A DNA stretch of 46,300 nt from a virus (Duplodnaviria; Caudoviricetes). Location: positions 1 to 46,300 of IMG/VR virus record IMGVR_UViG_3300019890_000007. The stretch is one strand, 5' to 3'. The notes under the pieces were generated by a model. It saw nothing but the letters and a program-made list of their open reading frames with translations. It searched no databases and was not told the DNA's origin. Every line of letters begins with the position of its first letter. Within the stretch, counting starts at the first letter, position 1. Of this stretch, positions 1 through 10,219 are shown piece by piece. The position numbers and the translations under genes were made by a program.

Positions 1-52
1 ACTAAAAAGTAGAGAGTAAGACGCTACGAACTATCAATAGGTTAGGAATCAT

Positions 53-364
53 ATGGCATTTGATCCGAATCAACAGCTTAAGAAGCAAGCCAGACAGAAG
101 ATCTGGTGTGAGCAATGCCAAGACATAGGATATGTCATCGGGACGAAGATAGTCTTAGGAGACACGGACAGTAAGATTGAATGGAAGGAAGTCTGCCCTT
201 ATTGTATGCCGACTAACAAGTACGGGAACTTGACAGCGAGGAAGCTTCTACCAGCACCCGCAGTCTTAGACAAGACGATCAGACAGAAGATAGACACGTG
301 CCTAAAGAACTATACAGACAAGAATGATGGGGAGTCCAATGTATTGGGTACAGAACATAGTTGA
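53..364 (+). CDS. hypothetical protein with CxxC...CxxC zinc-binding motif
   Basis: ORF track; CEQC and CPYC motifs; AGGA upstream of ATG. Confidence 0.6.
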   Translation: MAFDPNQQLKKQARQKIWCEQCQDIGYVIGTKIVLGDTDSKIEWKEVCPYCMPTNKYGNLTARKLLPAPAVLDKTIRQKIDTCLKNYTDKNDGESNVLGTEHS

Positions 365-498
365 TCTTGACAAAGATACGCCAATATTAATAATAGCTTA
401 CTTCCATATAGACAAGGATACGCGAGAATTAATAGTCAGGACTAGATCTTGCGAGGATGAAGACGAGTTCATCCCGTATTACCAAAGAATGAAAAGCT

Positions 499-532
499 TA
501 TGAGACAAGTCTATGAGACAAGTCTATGAGAC
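499..532. repeat. 13-bp tandem repeat TATGAGACAAGTC, about 2.6 copies
   Basis: tatgagacaagtc-tatgagacaagtc-tatgagac read directly in an intergenic region. Confidence 0.9.
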
Positions 533-626
533 TTAATACTACCTTAATAATACTCACAGTCATAGAAATACTAATACTAACATACTACGTGTACTGGATT
601 ATCCAGCTACCTTAAGAGGATTAGAG

Positions 627-1343
627 ATGAACGTCCACCCAGCGGTAATAGCAGCAGGCATAATGGCTACAGTCTTATTGTCAGGACATGGCCAGATGAA
701 CTTGATACATCATGAAGTAATCCCCCAGATCATAGCAGAACAGCAGATTGTGACTGTACGTCCACAGCAAGGCATCAAAGGCTTTCTAGGCGGTGAGCAA
801 ATAGACATACGTATGGGTAATGAGATAAAAGACCAAGACAGCGTCATAGCGATCATTAAGGCTTTACAAGAAGCTTCTAGTCTCGATACGATCACGTTCC
901 ATATTAACGGGTACGGTGGTCAGGTAGATACTACGTTCGAGTTAATAGACAATGTCAGGATGTCTAAGGCACACGTCATCATGAGTGTCGAAAGTCCTAG
1001 CTTCTCTGGACACGCTTACCTAGCTGTATCAGGGGATGAATTGATAGTAGCTCCCTTCGCAAGCCTTATGTTCCATACATCAAGTGCTTATGGGACTAGT
1101 TGTTCAGAAGCTCGATTACCAGGGACAGAAGGAGAAGGTGATCCTGGGTATGATCCTAATGGTACAGACAGGACAGTATCGAATCAAGAACACTGCGAGA
1201 GACAGATGGCTAGTCACTTCTTGATGATTACTAAGTTCTTTACCCAAGAGAAATACCTTACTGGGGCTGAGAAAGAACAGATCATGACAGGACATGATAT
1301 CTACCTGTCAGCAGACGATTTACACTCACGAGGCGCTAAATAA
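627..1343 (+). CDS. ClpP/crotonase-fold serine protease with hydrophobic N-terminus
   Basis: ITFHINGYGG, SFSGHAYL (candidate catalytic Ser), LMFH (His) and HDIYLSA (Asp) follow ClpP motif order; RBS GAGGA. Confidence 0.75.
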   Translation: MNVHPAVIAAGIMATVLLSGHGQMNLIHHEVIPQIIAEQQIVTVRPQQGIKGFLGGEQIDIRMGNEIKDQDSVIAIIKALQEASSLDTITFHINGYGGQVDTTFELIDNVRMSKAHVIMSVESPSFSGHAYLAVSGDELIVAPFASLMFHTSSAYGTSCSEARLPGTEGEGDPGYDPNGTDRTVSNQEHCERQMASHFLMITKFFTQEKYLTGAEKEQIMTGHDIYLSADDLHSRGAK

Positions 1344-1741
1344 TGTTACCCCTAATAGCGGAAGGAATATCTAGTCTCGTCATGGGGCTGATTCATAAGT
1401 TCCTCCCAGACACAGAACAAGAGAAAAAGGACGCCCTCGCGGCGGCTCTACAGTCTGAATTAATCCAATCGAATATAGACGTAGCTCAGATTCAGACAAA
1501 CTCAGAAGAAGCTAAGTCTGACAATATGTTCGTCAGTGGATGGAGACCTTTCATTGGTTGGGTATGTGGTCTAGCTTTTGCCTGGCAGTATCTAGGTCAG
1601 CCTATATTGACCTATGTAGCAGCCAGCACAGGGCATACAGTACCTGTATTACCTCATCTTGATACTGCAGAGATGATACCAGTATTGATGGGGATGTTAG
1701 GATTAGGTGGTCTAAGGACTTACGAGAAACTCAACAAATAG
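1343..1741 (+). CDS. holin (3TM, GTA-type family)
   Basis: SGWRPFIGWVCG and LMGMLGLGGLRTYEK signature; hydrophobic segments. Confidence 0.85.
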   Translation: MLPLIAEGISSLVMGLIHKFLPDTEQEKKDALAAALQSELIQSNIDVAQIQTNSEEAKSDNMFVSGWRPFIGWVCGLAFAWQYLGQPILTYVAASTGHTVPVLPHLDTAEMIPVLMGMLGLGGLRTYEKLNK

Positions 1742-1751
1742 GAGGGGCGAG

Positions 1752-1988
1752 ATGGACACACCCTACTTAATGTTGTTAATCTCATTAGTAATCGGGGTAG
1801 TCGGATTCTTAGTCAAGACACAAATGCAAAGAATAGACGTACTAGAAAAAGAAATGACGACAAAGCCATCTGATGAGGATGTCAGACGAGTATTAGACGA
1901 TAAGATTGAACCGATTAAAGACAGCATGACTGAAATACGCAATAAGGTAGACAAGGTCATTGATATGTTACTCAACAATAGAAATTAA
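1752..1988 (+). CDS. small membrane-anchored coiled-coil protein, possibly a lysis accessory
   Basis: RBS GGAGG; N-terminal TM segment; follows the holin. Confidence 0.65.
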   Translation: MDTPYLMLLISLVIGVVGFLVKTQMQRIDVLEKEMTTKPSDEDVRRVLDDKIEPIKDSMTEIRNKVDKVIDMLLNNRN

Positions 1989-1989
1989 T

Positions 1990-2133
1990 ATGTTGACATT
2001 CTTAGAACATTTAGAAAAGATTTATCAGACCTTAAACAAGAGTCTTGACGAGATATACAGACCTTTTTCTAAAAGATTCTCTAAGACTCCGACTAGATTG
2101 AGTAGATATTACCATAGACGAAATAGATATTAG
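1990..2133 (+). CDS. hypothetical 47-aa protein
   Basis: hand-translated ORF MLTFLEHLEK... filling the gap between neighbours. Confidence 0.35.
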   Translation: MLTFLEHLEKIYQTLNKSLDEIYRPFSKRFSKTPTRLSRYYHRRNRY

Positions 2134-2144
2134 ACGAGGTTAAG

Positions 2145-2396
2145 ATGTATTCTATATTCAAGTTCAAAGACGGTTATAGAGGTTATGGGTTTGAAGCAGA
2201 GCATAAAATATTCGTCCATGAAAAAGAAACAGCTCTTATCGAAAGTATAGAAAAATTCTTGAATTCAGAGAGTCTCAAAAGACTTAGAGACACAGGGAGT
2301 ACGGTTCATTGGGAGGATTTGTCAGTATGGGAAGAGACTATACGAAAGGCTGTCAAGACCTATGATATGGACAGATCATTTACGGCATTTTCATAG
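2145..2396 (+). CDS. hypothetical protein
   Basis: ORF track; RBS GAGG. Confidence 0.65.
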   Translation: MYSIFKFKDGYRGYGFEAEHKIFVHEKETALIESIEKFLNSESLKRLRDTGSTVHWEDLSVWEETIRKAVKTYDMDRSFTAFS

Positions 2397-2404
2397 GACG
2401 TAGT

Positions 2405-2896
2405 ATGAATACACTTGTATCTGAGACGGAACCGCTTAAGAGAGGTAGGCCTCCTACTTACGATCCTCTAGTACATCCAGACGAGTTAATCAGTCTGATG
2501 GAACAAGGATATATAGACGTACAGATATATGCCAAGTGGGGAATATCTAAAGACACTTTTTATACCTGGAGACGGACTCATCCAGAGTTCGCAGAAGCTC
2601 ATAACATAGGAATGCCTAAGTGTGAAGCAGTCTATGTAAGGAAAGCCCAAGAAAGACTAGAAGCGGGTGATGATGCAGGATTCAAGTACTTCATAGCCAT
2701 AGTCAATAATAAGTTCGGATGGGGTAAGGAAGAAGGTAGTAAAGGCAATACATACAATATTACTAATATGCAAGTCATCAACTCCAAAGAAGAGTATCTG
2801 AGACTTGTAGAGAGTGTCAGAGAACAAACACAAGAATTGAATCTAATTGAACTAAAGGTACAAGATGAATCAGTTAGAACAGATCAAGACTGCTAA
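2405..2896 (+). CDS. terS: terminase small subunit
   Basis: GRPPTYDP followed by HTH-like GISKDTFYTWRRTHPEFAEA; directly upstream of the large subunit. Confidence 0.8.
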   Translation: MNTLVSETEPLKRGRPPTYDPLVHPDELISLMEQGYIDVQIYAKWGISKDTFYTWRRTHPEFAEAHNIGMPKCEAVYVRKAQERLEAGDDAGFKYFIAIVNNKFGWGKEEGSKGNTYNITNMQVINSKEEYLRLVESVREQTQELNLIELKVQDESVRTDQDC

Positions 2897-4406
2897 ACTA
2901 AAGACACTAGAAGCTAGTCTACAGGCAATAGCATCATATCAGAAATGGAATAGACTCAAGTTCGTATTCTCTGATGATGGTATCTGCTCTAGGGACAGAT
3001 ATGCTAAATATATAAGGTTCTTCTCCGCAGGACTAGGACACAGATTCCGATTGCTGTACGGTGGTAACGGAGTCGGTAAATCTCATACAGGTGCTACAGA
3101 GATTGCCTATCATGTGACAGGAGAGTATCCCATATGGTGGGAGGGTCGTAGACCTCGTAAATTAGACACAGTCTGGTTATTCGCAGCCACAGGACCTTTA
3201 TTCCGTGACTCATTCCAGAAGATATTGTTCGGTAATCCAGGTGAAGAAGTCGGGACAGGCTTGATACCTCTAGCAGAAAAGAATAATGGTATAGGCATCA
3301 TTAGCTACAATGCTATGCCAGGTACACCAGGCGGTATAGGTAGTTGTCTAATCAGACACAAGAAAGGTCATGTAGTCTCGATCATTGCTAAGACATACGA
3401 CATGAGTACTGATGCTATTAAGGGCGCTAACGTAGGTTTGATAGCGTTCGATGAAGAACCTCCTGTTGATATATATGCTGAGAGTATCATGCGTACTAGA
3501 GGCAGTACTAGTCGAGAACCTGGGTTCACAATGATTCTTGCGACTCTACAAAAAGGTCTTAGTGAAGTTGCTTTAAAATATTTTCCTAATGGTCTTGAAC
3601 CTGAGAATGGGTTAATACCTGATGAACCAGAGAAGTATGTAATAGGTATTAGTATGGATGAATGTCCTCACTATACCCAAGAAGATATTGAAGCTTTATT
3701 AGCTGAAGTGCCAATGAATGAACGGGAGACACGCCGTTATGGTACACCTGGTATAGGGAGTGGCCGAGTCTATCCTTTACTTGAAAAAGATGTAGTAGTC
3801 TACAACCTTAAGATAGGGCAAGATTGGCCTAGAGCATATGGACTAGACTTCGGATGGAATTGTACAGCCGCTATCTGGGGTGCACAAGATCCTAATACAA
3901 AAGTTATTTATATATATGCTGAACATTATCAAGGTAAGCAAGTACCTCATAGCCATGCTTATGCGATCAAGCAGAAAGGATCTTGGATCATGGGTGCACC
4001 TGATCCTGCTGGTGGAGGGACTAACCAGAAAGACGGTACGAATTTAATTCAAGAATATCTTCTACAAGGCTTAAAGTTAGCAGTAGATTACGAAGGACGA
4101 AGTCTAGCAGACAATACGATTAATGCGGGTATAGCACGTATCCTGAGTCTCTTAGAATCAGGACAATTAAAGTTCTGTTATAACTGTGAGAATTTGTTAA
4201 AAGAGTTCCGAGTATATCGTTATGATCCTAAAGATCCTAATAGAATAGCCAGGAATCAAGCAGATCACTTATTAGATGCACTAAGATATTTAATATCTAT
4301 CTTTGATCGAATAGCACTGTCTTATTTGGACGCACACAACGATCAGAGACCTAATGAACAAACAGGCCAGCATGTTATAGGCCGTAATGAGACGACAGGG
4401 TACTAA
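2865..4406 (+). CDS. terL: terminase large subunit
   Basis: Walker A GGNGVGKS, Walker B IAFDEEPP, nuclease motifs GLDFG and DHLLDALRY. Confidence 0.95.
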   Translation: MNQLEQIKTAKLKTLEASLQAIASYQKWNRLKFVFSDDGICSRDRYAKYIRFFSAGLGHRFRLLYGGNGVGKSHTGATEIAYHVTGEYPIWWEGRRPRKLDTVWLFAATGPLFRDSFQKILFGNPGEEVGTGLIPLAEKNNGIGIISYNAMPGTPGGIGSCLIRHKKGHVVSIIAKTYDMSTDAIKGANVGLIAFDEEPPVDIYAESIMRTRGSTSREPGFTMILATLQKGLSEVALKYFPNGLEPENGLIPDEPEKYVIGISMDECPHYTQEDIEALLAEVPMNERETRRYGTPGIGSGRVYPLLEKDVVVYNLKIGQDWPRAYGLDFGWNCTAAIWGAQDPNTKVIYIYAEHYQGKQVPHSHAYAIKQKGSWIMGAPDPAGGGTNQKDGTNLIQEYLLQGLKLAVDYEGRSLADNTINAGIARILSLLESGQLKFCYNCENLLKEFRVYRYDPKDPNRIARNQADHLLDALRYLISIFDRIALSYLDAHNDQRPNEQTGQHVIGRNETTGY

Positions 4407-4582
4407 TGAATCTTATACGTTATATAGGTATTTCAGAAATCGGAGGGCAGTTCTATCAAGGAATGAACGCAGATTCTATACAAGAATTAAAAAATATGTA
4501 TAAAGAATATATGCCTGATAGGGAATATGAGATTCATAAAGTTGAAACAACATCTACTATGAGTAAAGTCGAATGTCATTAG
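4406..4582 (+). CDS. hypothetical 58-aa protein
   Basis: TAATG overlap with the terL stop; open to TAG at 4582; MNLIRYIG... Confidence 0.55.
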   Translation: MNLIRYIGISEIGGQFYQGMNADSIQELKNMYKEYMPDREYEIHKVETTSTMSKVECH

Positions 4583-6675
4583 ACCAATTAAAGAAGTTTG
4601 CGGACAGTGATAACATTGCTGTCGATATTGATGAGCAAGAACTCAGAGAAATAGGTATGAGATGTCTCCATTCATTTGAAGATGATCAATCTAGTCAATC
4701 TGAATGGCAGAGTAATGTCAAGAAAGTATTAGATTTAGCTGGATTAGTCGGCGGACCTAAGAACTATCCTCTGCCTAATAGTGCTAATGTCAAATTCCCT
4801 CTGATCATTAAGGCTTGCTATGAATTCTCTAGCCGTGTCTATCCAGAAATCGTAAAAGACAATAAGATAGTCAAAGCACGTGTCATAGGTAAAGATCCAT
4901 ACCTCATTACTGATCCTCAGAGCAAGGCTGCTCTAGCTCTACGCGTATGTGCTTACATGAACTATCAGTTATTAGAAAAGAATGAAGAATGGGAATTAAG
5001 TTTTGATCGTCTGTTGAACATGCTCGCATTAATCGGGTTCATGTGCACAAAGACTTACTATGATCCTATCAAAAGAGATGTCATATGTGAATTATGTGAT
5101 CATGAGGACTTAATCATCCATAGTGATGTCAAGAGTCTGTCTGATGCTATACGAGTAAATCATATCAGACATTTACGTATGAACGAATTAATAACAGGTG
5201 CTAGATCAGGTATTTTCCTAGAAGAGCCTGTGACTGAGTTATTAGAACGTACTACAGAGAATGACAAGGATAAGCTGTATGACGTCATAGAACAACATGG
5301 TTATTTAGACCTTGATGACGATGATTATCAAGAACCTTATGTCATTACATTCTTAAAAGATACAGGTAAGATATTACGCATCAAAGCTCGTTATGAGATG
5401 GACAAGGCAGATGATTCCTCAGACTATAAGAACATTGAAGTCAGGAAAGGCAAAATAGTCTGCATCAAGCCTGTACAACACTTCACAGATTTCCACTTCT
5501 TAGTCAACCCTAAGGGTAAATTCCATAGTGTAGGTTTCGGTACATTAATGTTTGGCTTGAATAATGCTGTCAATACTCTTCTGAACGAATTGATAGACAG
5601 CGGTAATCTAGCTAATCTTCAAGGTGGATTTATTGACGAAAGATTTAAACCTGTTCAGACAGGTAATGCATTAGTACGTCCAGGTGAGTTCATCAAACTC
5701 AAAGCCGAAGGTATAGGCATGAAGTTAAGTGATGGTGTCATGCCATTCACATACAAAGAACCTAGTGATGTACTGTTTAAATTAATGGGAACATTGATCG
5801 AAAGCGGTGAAAAACTTAGTGCTTCTTCTGACATTATGACAGGAGGATCAAGTCCAGAGAATAGCAAGACAGGTGCGACCCAAGCATTATTACAAGAAGG
5901 ACAGAAAGTACATACAGCGATCTTAAAACGTATATACAGAGGTCTGACAGATGTATTTAGTAAAGTATTTCATTTTGATGGTCAATATATTGATCCGCAT
6001 GTCTACCAAGAAATAAGTGATGGTGAATTAAACGTCAGTCAATCAGACTTTGACGATACTAAGATCCGAATTCTTCCTGTTGCAGATCCTAATCTTGGAT
6101 CAGAAGCTCAGAAAGCAGCTAAGTTACAGTTATTAGCTGGATTGATGCAATTAGACGGTGTCAACAAGCAAGCTATTGTCAAACGTATAGTCATGAGTCA
6201 AGACATCGAGAATCCAGAAGAACTATTAGCACCTGATCAGAAGCCTCAACCAGATCCAGCTATGTTGAAAGTACAAGCTGAGATGGAACATAACCTAGCT
6301 ACAAGTCATCTGAAGATGCAAGAACTCCAGAACGATAGCAAAAAGACTCAGATTGATGGACTAGTAGCACAGTCTACGATCATCTTGAATCGAGCTAAGG
6401 CATTACAAGCGGTAGCTATGGCAGATCAAGCTAAGTCACAAGCACAGACTGATCAATACGATATTCAATTAAAGGCTGTACAAGCTCAATTAGATCATGT
6501 CATGGGCATAGCTGAGTTAGATCAGACTGACAGACATCATCAAGATGAGATGTCTCAAGATCAAGGTCAACACAAAGATAACTTAGACATAGCACAACAA
6601 GGAGCAGATACCGATGCAGACGCACAAGATCAGCAAGATGAGTCTGGAGACGTGGGTGGAGAATCCAATCAGTAA
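4573..6675 (+). CDS. portal protein
   Basis: 700 aa, after terL and before head genes; long Q/A-rich coiled-coil C-terminus as in podovirus portals. Confidence 0.85.
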   Translation: MSLDQLKKFADSDNIAVDIDEQELREIGMRCLHSFEDDQSSQSEWQSNVKKVLDLAGLVGGPKNYPLPNSANVKFPLIIKACYEFSSRVYPEIVKDNKIVKARVIGKDPYLITDPQSKAALALRVCAYMNYQLLEKNEEWELSFDRLLNMLALIGFMCTKTYYDPIKRDVICELCDHEDLIIHSDVKSLSDAIRVNHIRHLRMNELITGARSGIFLEEPVTELLERTTENDKDKLYDVIEQHGYLDLDDDDYQEPYVITFLKDTGKILRIKARYEMDKADDSSDYKNIEVRKGKIVCIKPVQHFTDFHFLVNPKGKFHSVGFGTLMFGLNNAVNTLLNELIDSGNLANLQGGFIDERFKPVQTGNALVRPGEFIKLKAEGIGMKLSDGVMPFTYKEPSDVLFKLMGTLIESGEKLSASSDIMTGGSSPENSKTGATQALLQEGQKVHTAILKRIYRGLTDVFSKVFHFDGQYIDPHVYQEISDGELNVSQSDFDDTKIRILPVADPNLGSEAQKAAKLQLLAGLMQLDGVNKQAIVKRIVMSQDIENPEELLAPDQKPQPDPAMLKVQAEMEHNLATSHLKMQELQNDSKKTQIDGLVAQSTIILNRAKALQAVAMADQAKSQAQTDQYDIQLKAVQAQLDHVMGIAELDQTDRHHQDEMSQDQGQHKDNLDIAQQGADTDADAQDQQDESGDVGGESNQ

Positions 6676-6910
6676 AGTATTTTTTGAGCGTCTAGCTTAC
6701 TTACTCATGACTGACAAGAGATCCTTAGAGACATCCTTAAATAACACCGTAAATATATCTGATCCAGAGTTTTTACATGTCTTATCTCAATTAAAAGGTA
6801 AGATAAATACACTAGAGCAAGTACTAAATATAGAAGAGTTTCTATATTACGACACAATCCAAGAGGAGATAGACGATGTTCACAGTAGTAGGTCCGAGAA
6901 TCAGAGTTAA
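6614..6910 (+). CDS. hypothetical protein; start may be the downstream Met (MSLETW)
   Basis: ORF track; lies between portal and groES. Confidence 0.6.
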   Translation: MQTHKISKMSLETWVENPISKVFFERLAYLLMTDKRSLETSLNNTVNISDPEFLHVLSQLKGKINTLEQVLNIEEFLYYDTIQEEIDDVHSSRSENQS

Positions 6911-7184
6911 AATTGACGAGAGGAAAGAAGAGAAATCATCAGGTGGTATTATCATGGTAGATCCTAGTAAGCATGTGTGTGATGCGGACATAGGAGAAGT
7001 AGTAGGAATTGGTACTACAGCATATAAGAACATGGATGATGAACAACCTTGGTGCAAAATAGGAGATAAAGTCCTGTTCCAACGCCATGCAGGTAAGGAA
7101 GATCCTACAGATCCAACAGGGTTACACAGATACTTAAAAGATATAGACGTAATTGCAGTAGATGCAGGAGAAAGTGATGAGTAA
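6876..7184 (+). CDS. groES: co-chaperonin GroES-like protein
   Basis: EEKSSGGIIM mobile loop, GEVVGIG, KIGDKVLF and DIDVIAV match Cpn10. Confidence 0.9.
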   Translation: MFTVVGPRIRVKIDERKEEKSSGGIIMVDPSKHVCDADIGEVVGIGTTAYKNMDDEQPWCKIGDKVLFQRHAGKEDPTDPTGLHRYLKDIDVIAVDAGESDE

Positions 7185-8097
7185 TGAATTAGATCAAGAT
7201 ATGCCTGAATTTTTAGAAAAATTAAATGAGCAAATCAAGACTGCTAAGTCGGACTTGACGAAAATGAAAGAAACCCAGAGTAAGACTCTGGATTCTGAGG
7301 TAAAAGCTCAAGTAGAGTTGACAGAATCATCCGAAGAAGCTAAGGAAATTAGTAGTATTGAAGAGAAAGGTCAACCTGAGCGTGAATTCACAGAAACAGA
7401 AAAAGAAGCGATAGCTGAAGGATGGGATCCGACTAAAAGTAAGTCCGCAGAACGTTATCTCGAAGACGGTAGTTTCTTCAAGAAGATATCTGCTCAGAGC
7501 AAGAAAATTGATGACTTGAATAATGCCGTAAAGACGTTGCTTGAGCATAATACTAAGTTAGAAGAAGTAAAGTACAGAGAAGGGTATGAACGAGCTCTAC
7601 AAGAGCGTAATAAGGCTGTAGAAGAAGGGGACACTCTCGCTTTTAAAATAGCAGAAGAGAAATTAATCAATCATCAAGCAATAAAACCTCCTCAAGCACC
7701 TGTACATACTCAAGAACAGACAGAGTTATTTAAGGACTTTCAAACCCGTAACAAGACTTGGTTTGCTAAGAGTGATGCAGAAAGTCGAGATATGACAGAA
7801 TTAGCGGTTGCGTACGATCAATATAACCTGAGTAAGGGTAAGACATATGAAGAATCTATGAAAGAAGTTGAGCATATCATCAAACTCAAATTCCCACACA
7901 GATTCGAGAACGCTAATCAAGAAAAACCTGCTGCTGTCATCAAGTCTGAACCTAAGACAATCAAAGCAGACTATACATATAAATTGTCTGAGCAACAAAG
8001 AAATTTTGCCAGACAAGCGCAACGAATAGACAGTAATTTTAAATTAGATAGATATGTTAAACAACTTAAAGAGACAGGAGCACTAAGAGATGAGTAA
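7162..8097 (+). CDS. putative capsid scaffolding protein
   Basis: highly charged, helical; located upstream of the capsid gene. Confidence 0.6.
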   Translation: MQEKVMSNELDQDMPEFLEKLNEQIKTAKSDLTKMKETQSKTLDSEVKAQVELTESSEEAKEISSIEEKGQPEREFTETEKEAIAEGWDPTKSKSAERYLEDGSFFKKISAQSKKIDDLNNAVKTLLEHNTKLEEVKYREGYERALQERNKAVEEGDTLAFKIAEEKLINHQAIKPPQAPVHTQEQTELFKDFQTRNKTWFAKSDAESRDMTELAVAYDQYNLSKGKTYEESMKEVEHIIKLKFPHRFENANQEKPAAVIKSEPKTIKADYTYKLSEQQRNFARQAQRIDSNFKLDRYVKQLKETGALRDE

Positions 8098-8536
8098 ACT
8101 AGATAAAATAGAAAAGACAGAATCAAAAGAGATTCCAACTAGAGATGTAAGAGAAGAGATGATCACAGATGATTACACAGGCCCTTTGTATATTCCCAAT
8201 GAGTATAAACGAGAAGGATATCATCGCCATATTGCGGATGGTACAAGAGGTGGATGGATTAATCAATTAATTAAAATGGGTTATTCTATCGTACAAGATA
8301 ATACTAAGGTAGCTACGGGTCGTTCCGTATCTTCTATTGATTCAGCAGTCCGATTCTTCCTCAAAGATAGTGAGAAAGAACCCTCTGGCATTCTCATGGA
8401 ATGTCCAGAAGAAAAATATCAGCTCCGCAAAAAGGCAGAGCAGAAAATGGCAGATGATCAGTTACGAAGAGTCGGTCAGACAGGTATATCTACCCAAGTA
8501 GGCGAAGTAACCGTAGGACAGGATACTTTCAAATAA
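8090..8536 (+). CDS. hypothetical head-module protein
   Basis: ORF track; RBS GGAG; synteny. Confidence 0.65.
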   Translation: MSKLDKIEKTESKEIPTRDVREEMITDDYTGPLYIPNEYKREGYHRHIADGTRGGWINQLIKMGYSIVQDNTKVATGRSVSSIDSAVRFFLKDSEKEPSGILMECPEEKYQLRKKAEQKMADDQLRRVGQTGISTQVGEVTVGQDTFK

Positions 8537-8550
8537 TCGAGGTTTAATTT

Positions 8551-9129
8551 ATGGCAACTGGTTTTGGTATACTTCCAGTCAGAAAGATTAATGGTGGTCA
8601 GGTGCAAACAGGAATTTATTCCGTACCTGCTACCGATTCAACAGCACTCTACGTGGGTGACGTTGTAGAATTAGTCAATACGATGGACGCAGGGGGACAA
8701 GTTAAGACAGTGAAAGCGTTAGCTTCCGCTACTAACGTCCCAGTAGGTGTTGTGGTTGGTTTCTTAACTGACCCTGACGATTTATATACTCCTAATTACC
8801 GTAAGGCTTCAACTGCCCGTATGGTTATTGTAGCTGATGATCTTATCAATACAGTATTCCAAGCGCAAGAAGATGCTGTTGGTGGTGCTGTTGCTGCTGC
8901 AACGATTGGTGAAATGCAGAACATTTCAGTAATCACAGCTGCTGGTAGTGCTTACACAGGTATGTCAGGTACGATGTTAGATAGTTCAACAGTAGCTACT
9001 ACTGCTCTTAACTTTAAGTTAATTGGTGTAGCTAGGCTTCAAAATAATGCAGCGGCTCAGACTGGCGGTGCGATATTAGAAGTAATTGGATTGATATCTG
9101 CATTTAATCAAGCCGACAGTCGTTCGTAA
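8551..9129 (+). CDS. putative capsid decoration/cement protein
   Basis: A/V/G/T-rich beta-type protein directly before the major capsid gene; RBS GAGG. Confidence 0.6.
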   Translation: MATGFGILPVRKINGGQVQTGIYSVPATDSTALYVGDVVELVNTMDAGGQVKTVKALASATNVPVGVVVGFLTDPDDLYTPNYRKASTARMVIVADDLINTVFQAQEDAVGGAVAAATIGEMQNISVITAAGSAYTGMSGTMLDSSTVATTALNFKLIGVARLQNNAAAQTGGAILEVIGLISAFNQADSRS

Positions 9130-9143
9130 TTAGAGGATAAAAT

Positions 9144-10070
9144 ATGAGTCTTATTAATAGAAGTAGTTTTCGCTCAGACCTTATACCTTTAGTCAAGGAT
9201 TGGTTCGGCGATGCATACAAGAATTACAATTCTCTGTATGACAAGATTTTAAAGGTGAAACAAGCTGATGACAGAGCATATCAAGTTAATGCTATGGTCT
9301 CAACGATGTTACCTTTGCAACAAAAAGATGAAGGAACGGTCTTGACATTAGATTCCGCTCGTCAAGGTATTACCCCTCGCTATGTACATACTACATATGC
9401 GTTAGGTTTTATCATCACGATGGAAATGATGGAAGATGGCGATGCCTTTAAGAACGCTAAACGCTTTACTGAGATGCTGAAGAAATCTGCATTGCAGACG
9501 AAAGAAATTTTGGCTGCTAACGTATATAACAATGCGTTCTCATCTACAGCAACCATGTCTGGTGGTGATGGTGTGGCTCTCTGCTCAACCTCCCATCCAA
9601 CACGCTCTGGTACACAGTCTAATGTCCTGTCAACAGGATCAGTGGATATGTCTGAAGCTGCATTGGAACAGGCTACAATTGATATCAAGAACATGTTAGA
9701 TGATCGTGGTAACCGTATTATGTTATTACCTCAGAAACTAATCTGTAGTGTGACTGATGAACCTCTTGCTAATCGTATCTTAAAATCTACGATGCGCTCT
9801 GGGTCAGCAGATCATGATATCAACTACTTGAGGGACTCAGGTCTTATCAAGGAAATCGTTGCTAACCCTTACTTGACGGCAGCTCACAGATGGTTTGTGA
9901 CTACTGGCGTTCAAGAAGATGGTGACGGCGTTCAGATGTTGATCAGAAAAGAAGCGTCCATTGATGATGGTAATGACTTTGAGACCAAGAACAACAAGTT
10001 CAGTGCGGTAGCCCGTACATCTACTGGTTGGGATGATTTCAGATGCGTTATCGGGTCTGATGGTCCGTAA
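9144..10070 (+). CDS. major capsid protein
   Basis: 308 aa; YALGFIITMEMMED, GGDGVALCSTSHP and NPYLT...WFV motifs of HK97-fold capsids; followed by a hairpin. Confidence 0.88.
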   Translation: MSLINRSSFRSDLIPLVKDWFGDAYKNYNSLYDKILKVKQADDRAYQVNAMVSTMLPLQQKDEGTVLTLDSARQGITPRYVHTTYALGFIITMEMMEDGDAFKNAKRFTEMLKKSALQTKEILAANVYNNAFSSTATMSGGDGVALCSTSHPTRSGTQSNVLSTGSVDMSEAALEQATIDIKNMLDDRGNRIMLLPQKLICSVTDEPLANRILKSTMRSGSADHDINYLRDSGLIKEIVANPYLTAAHRWFVTTGVQEDGDGVQMLIRKEASIDDGNDFETKNNKFSAVARTSTGWDDFRCVIGSDGP

Positions 10071-10087
10071 TCTTAGTGATATAGTTC

Positions 10088-10114
10088 GGTGGGTCTATAA
10101 AACCCACCATTATT
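10088..10114 (+). terminator. stem-loop after the capsid gene, putative terminator
   Basis: GGTGGGT-ctataaa-ACCCACC followed by ATTATT (weak U tract). Confidence 0.55.
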
Positions 10115-10219
10115 GTATAAGTATGGAATAGTGGGTTATTAGACCTACTTCCACCTTACCTATACCTACTTATTAAGAAAATCTAAGGACAGGAGTCCTA
10201 AATAAAAAGGTGATTCAAA

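Noticed and set aside
367-395. Promoter at TTGACA 367-372
   Set aside because: The -10 at the genome's typical spacing reads AATAAT without the TG extension, which is too weak to call.
499-532. CRISPR array
   Set aside because: The 13-bp units are directly adjacent with no spacers, and no cas genes are present.
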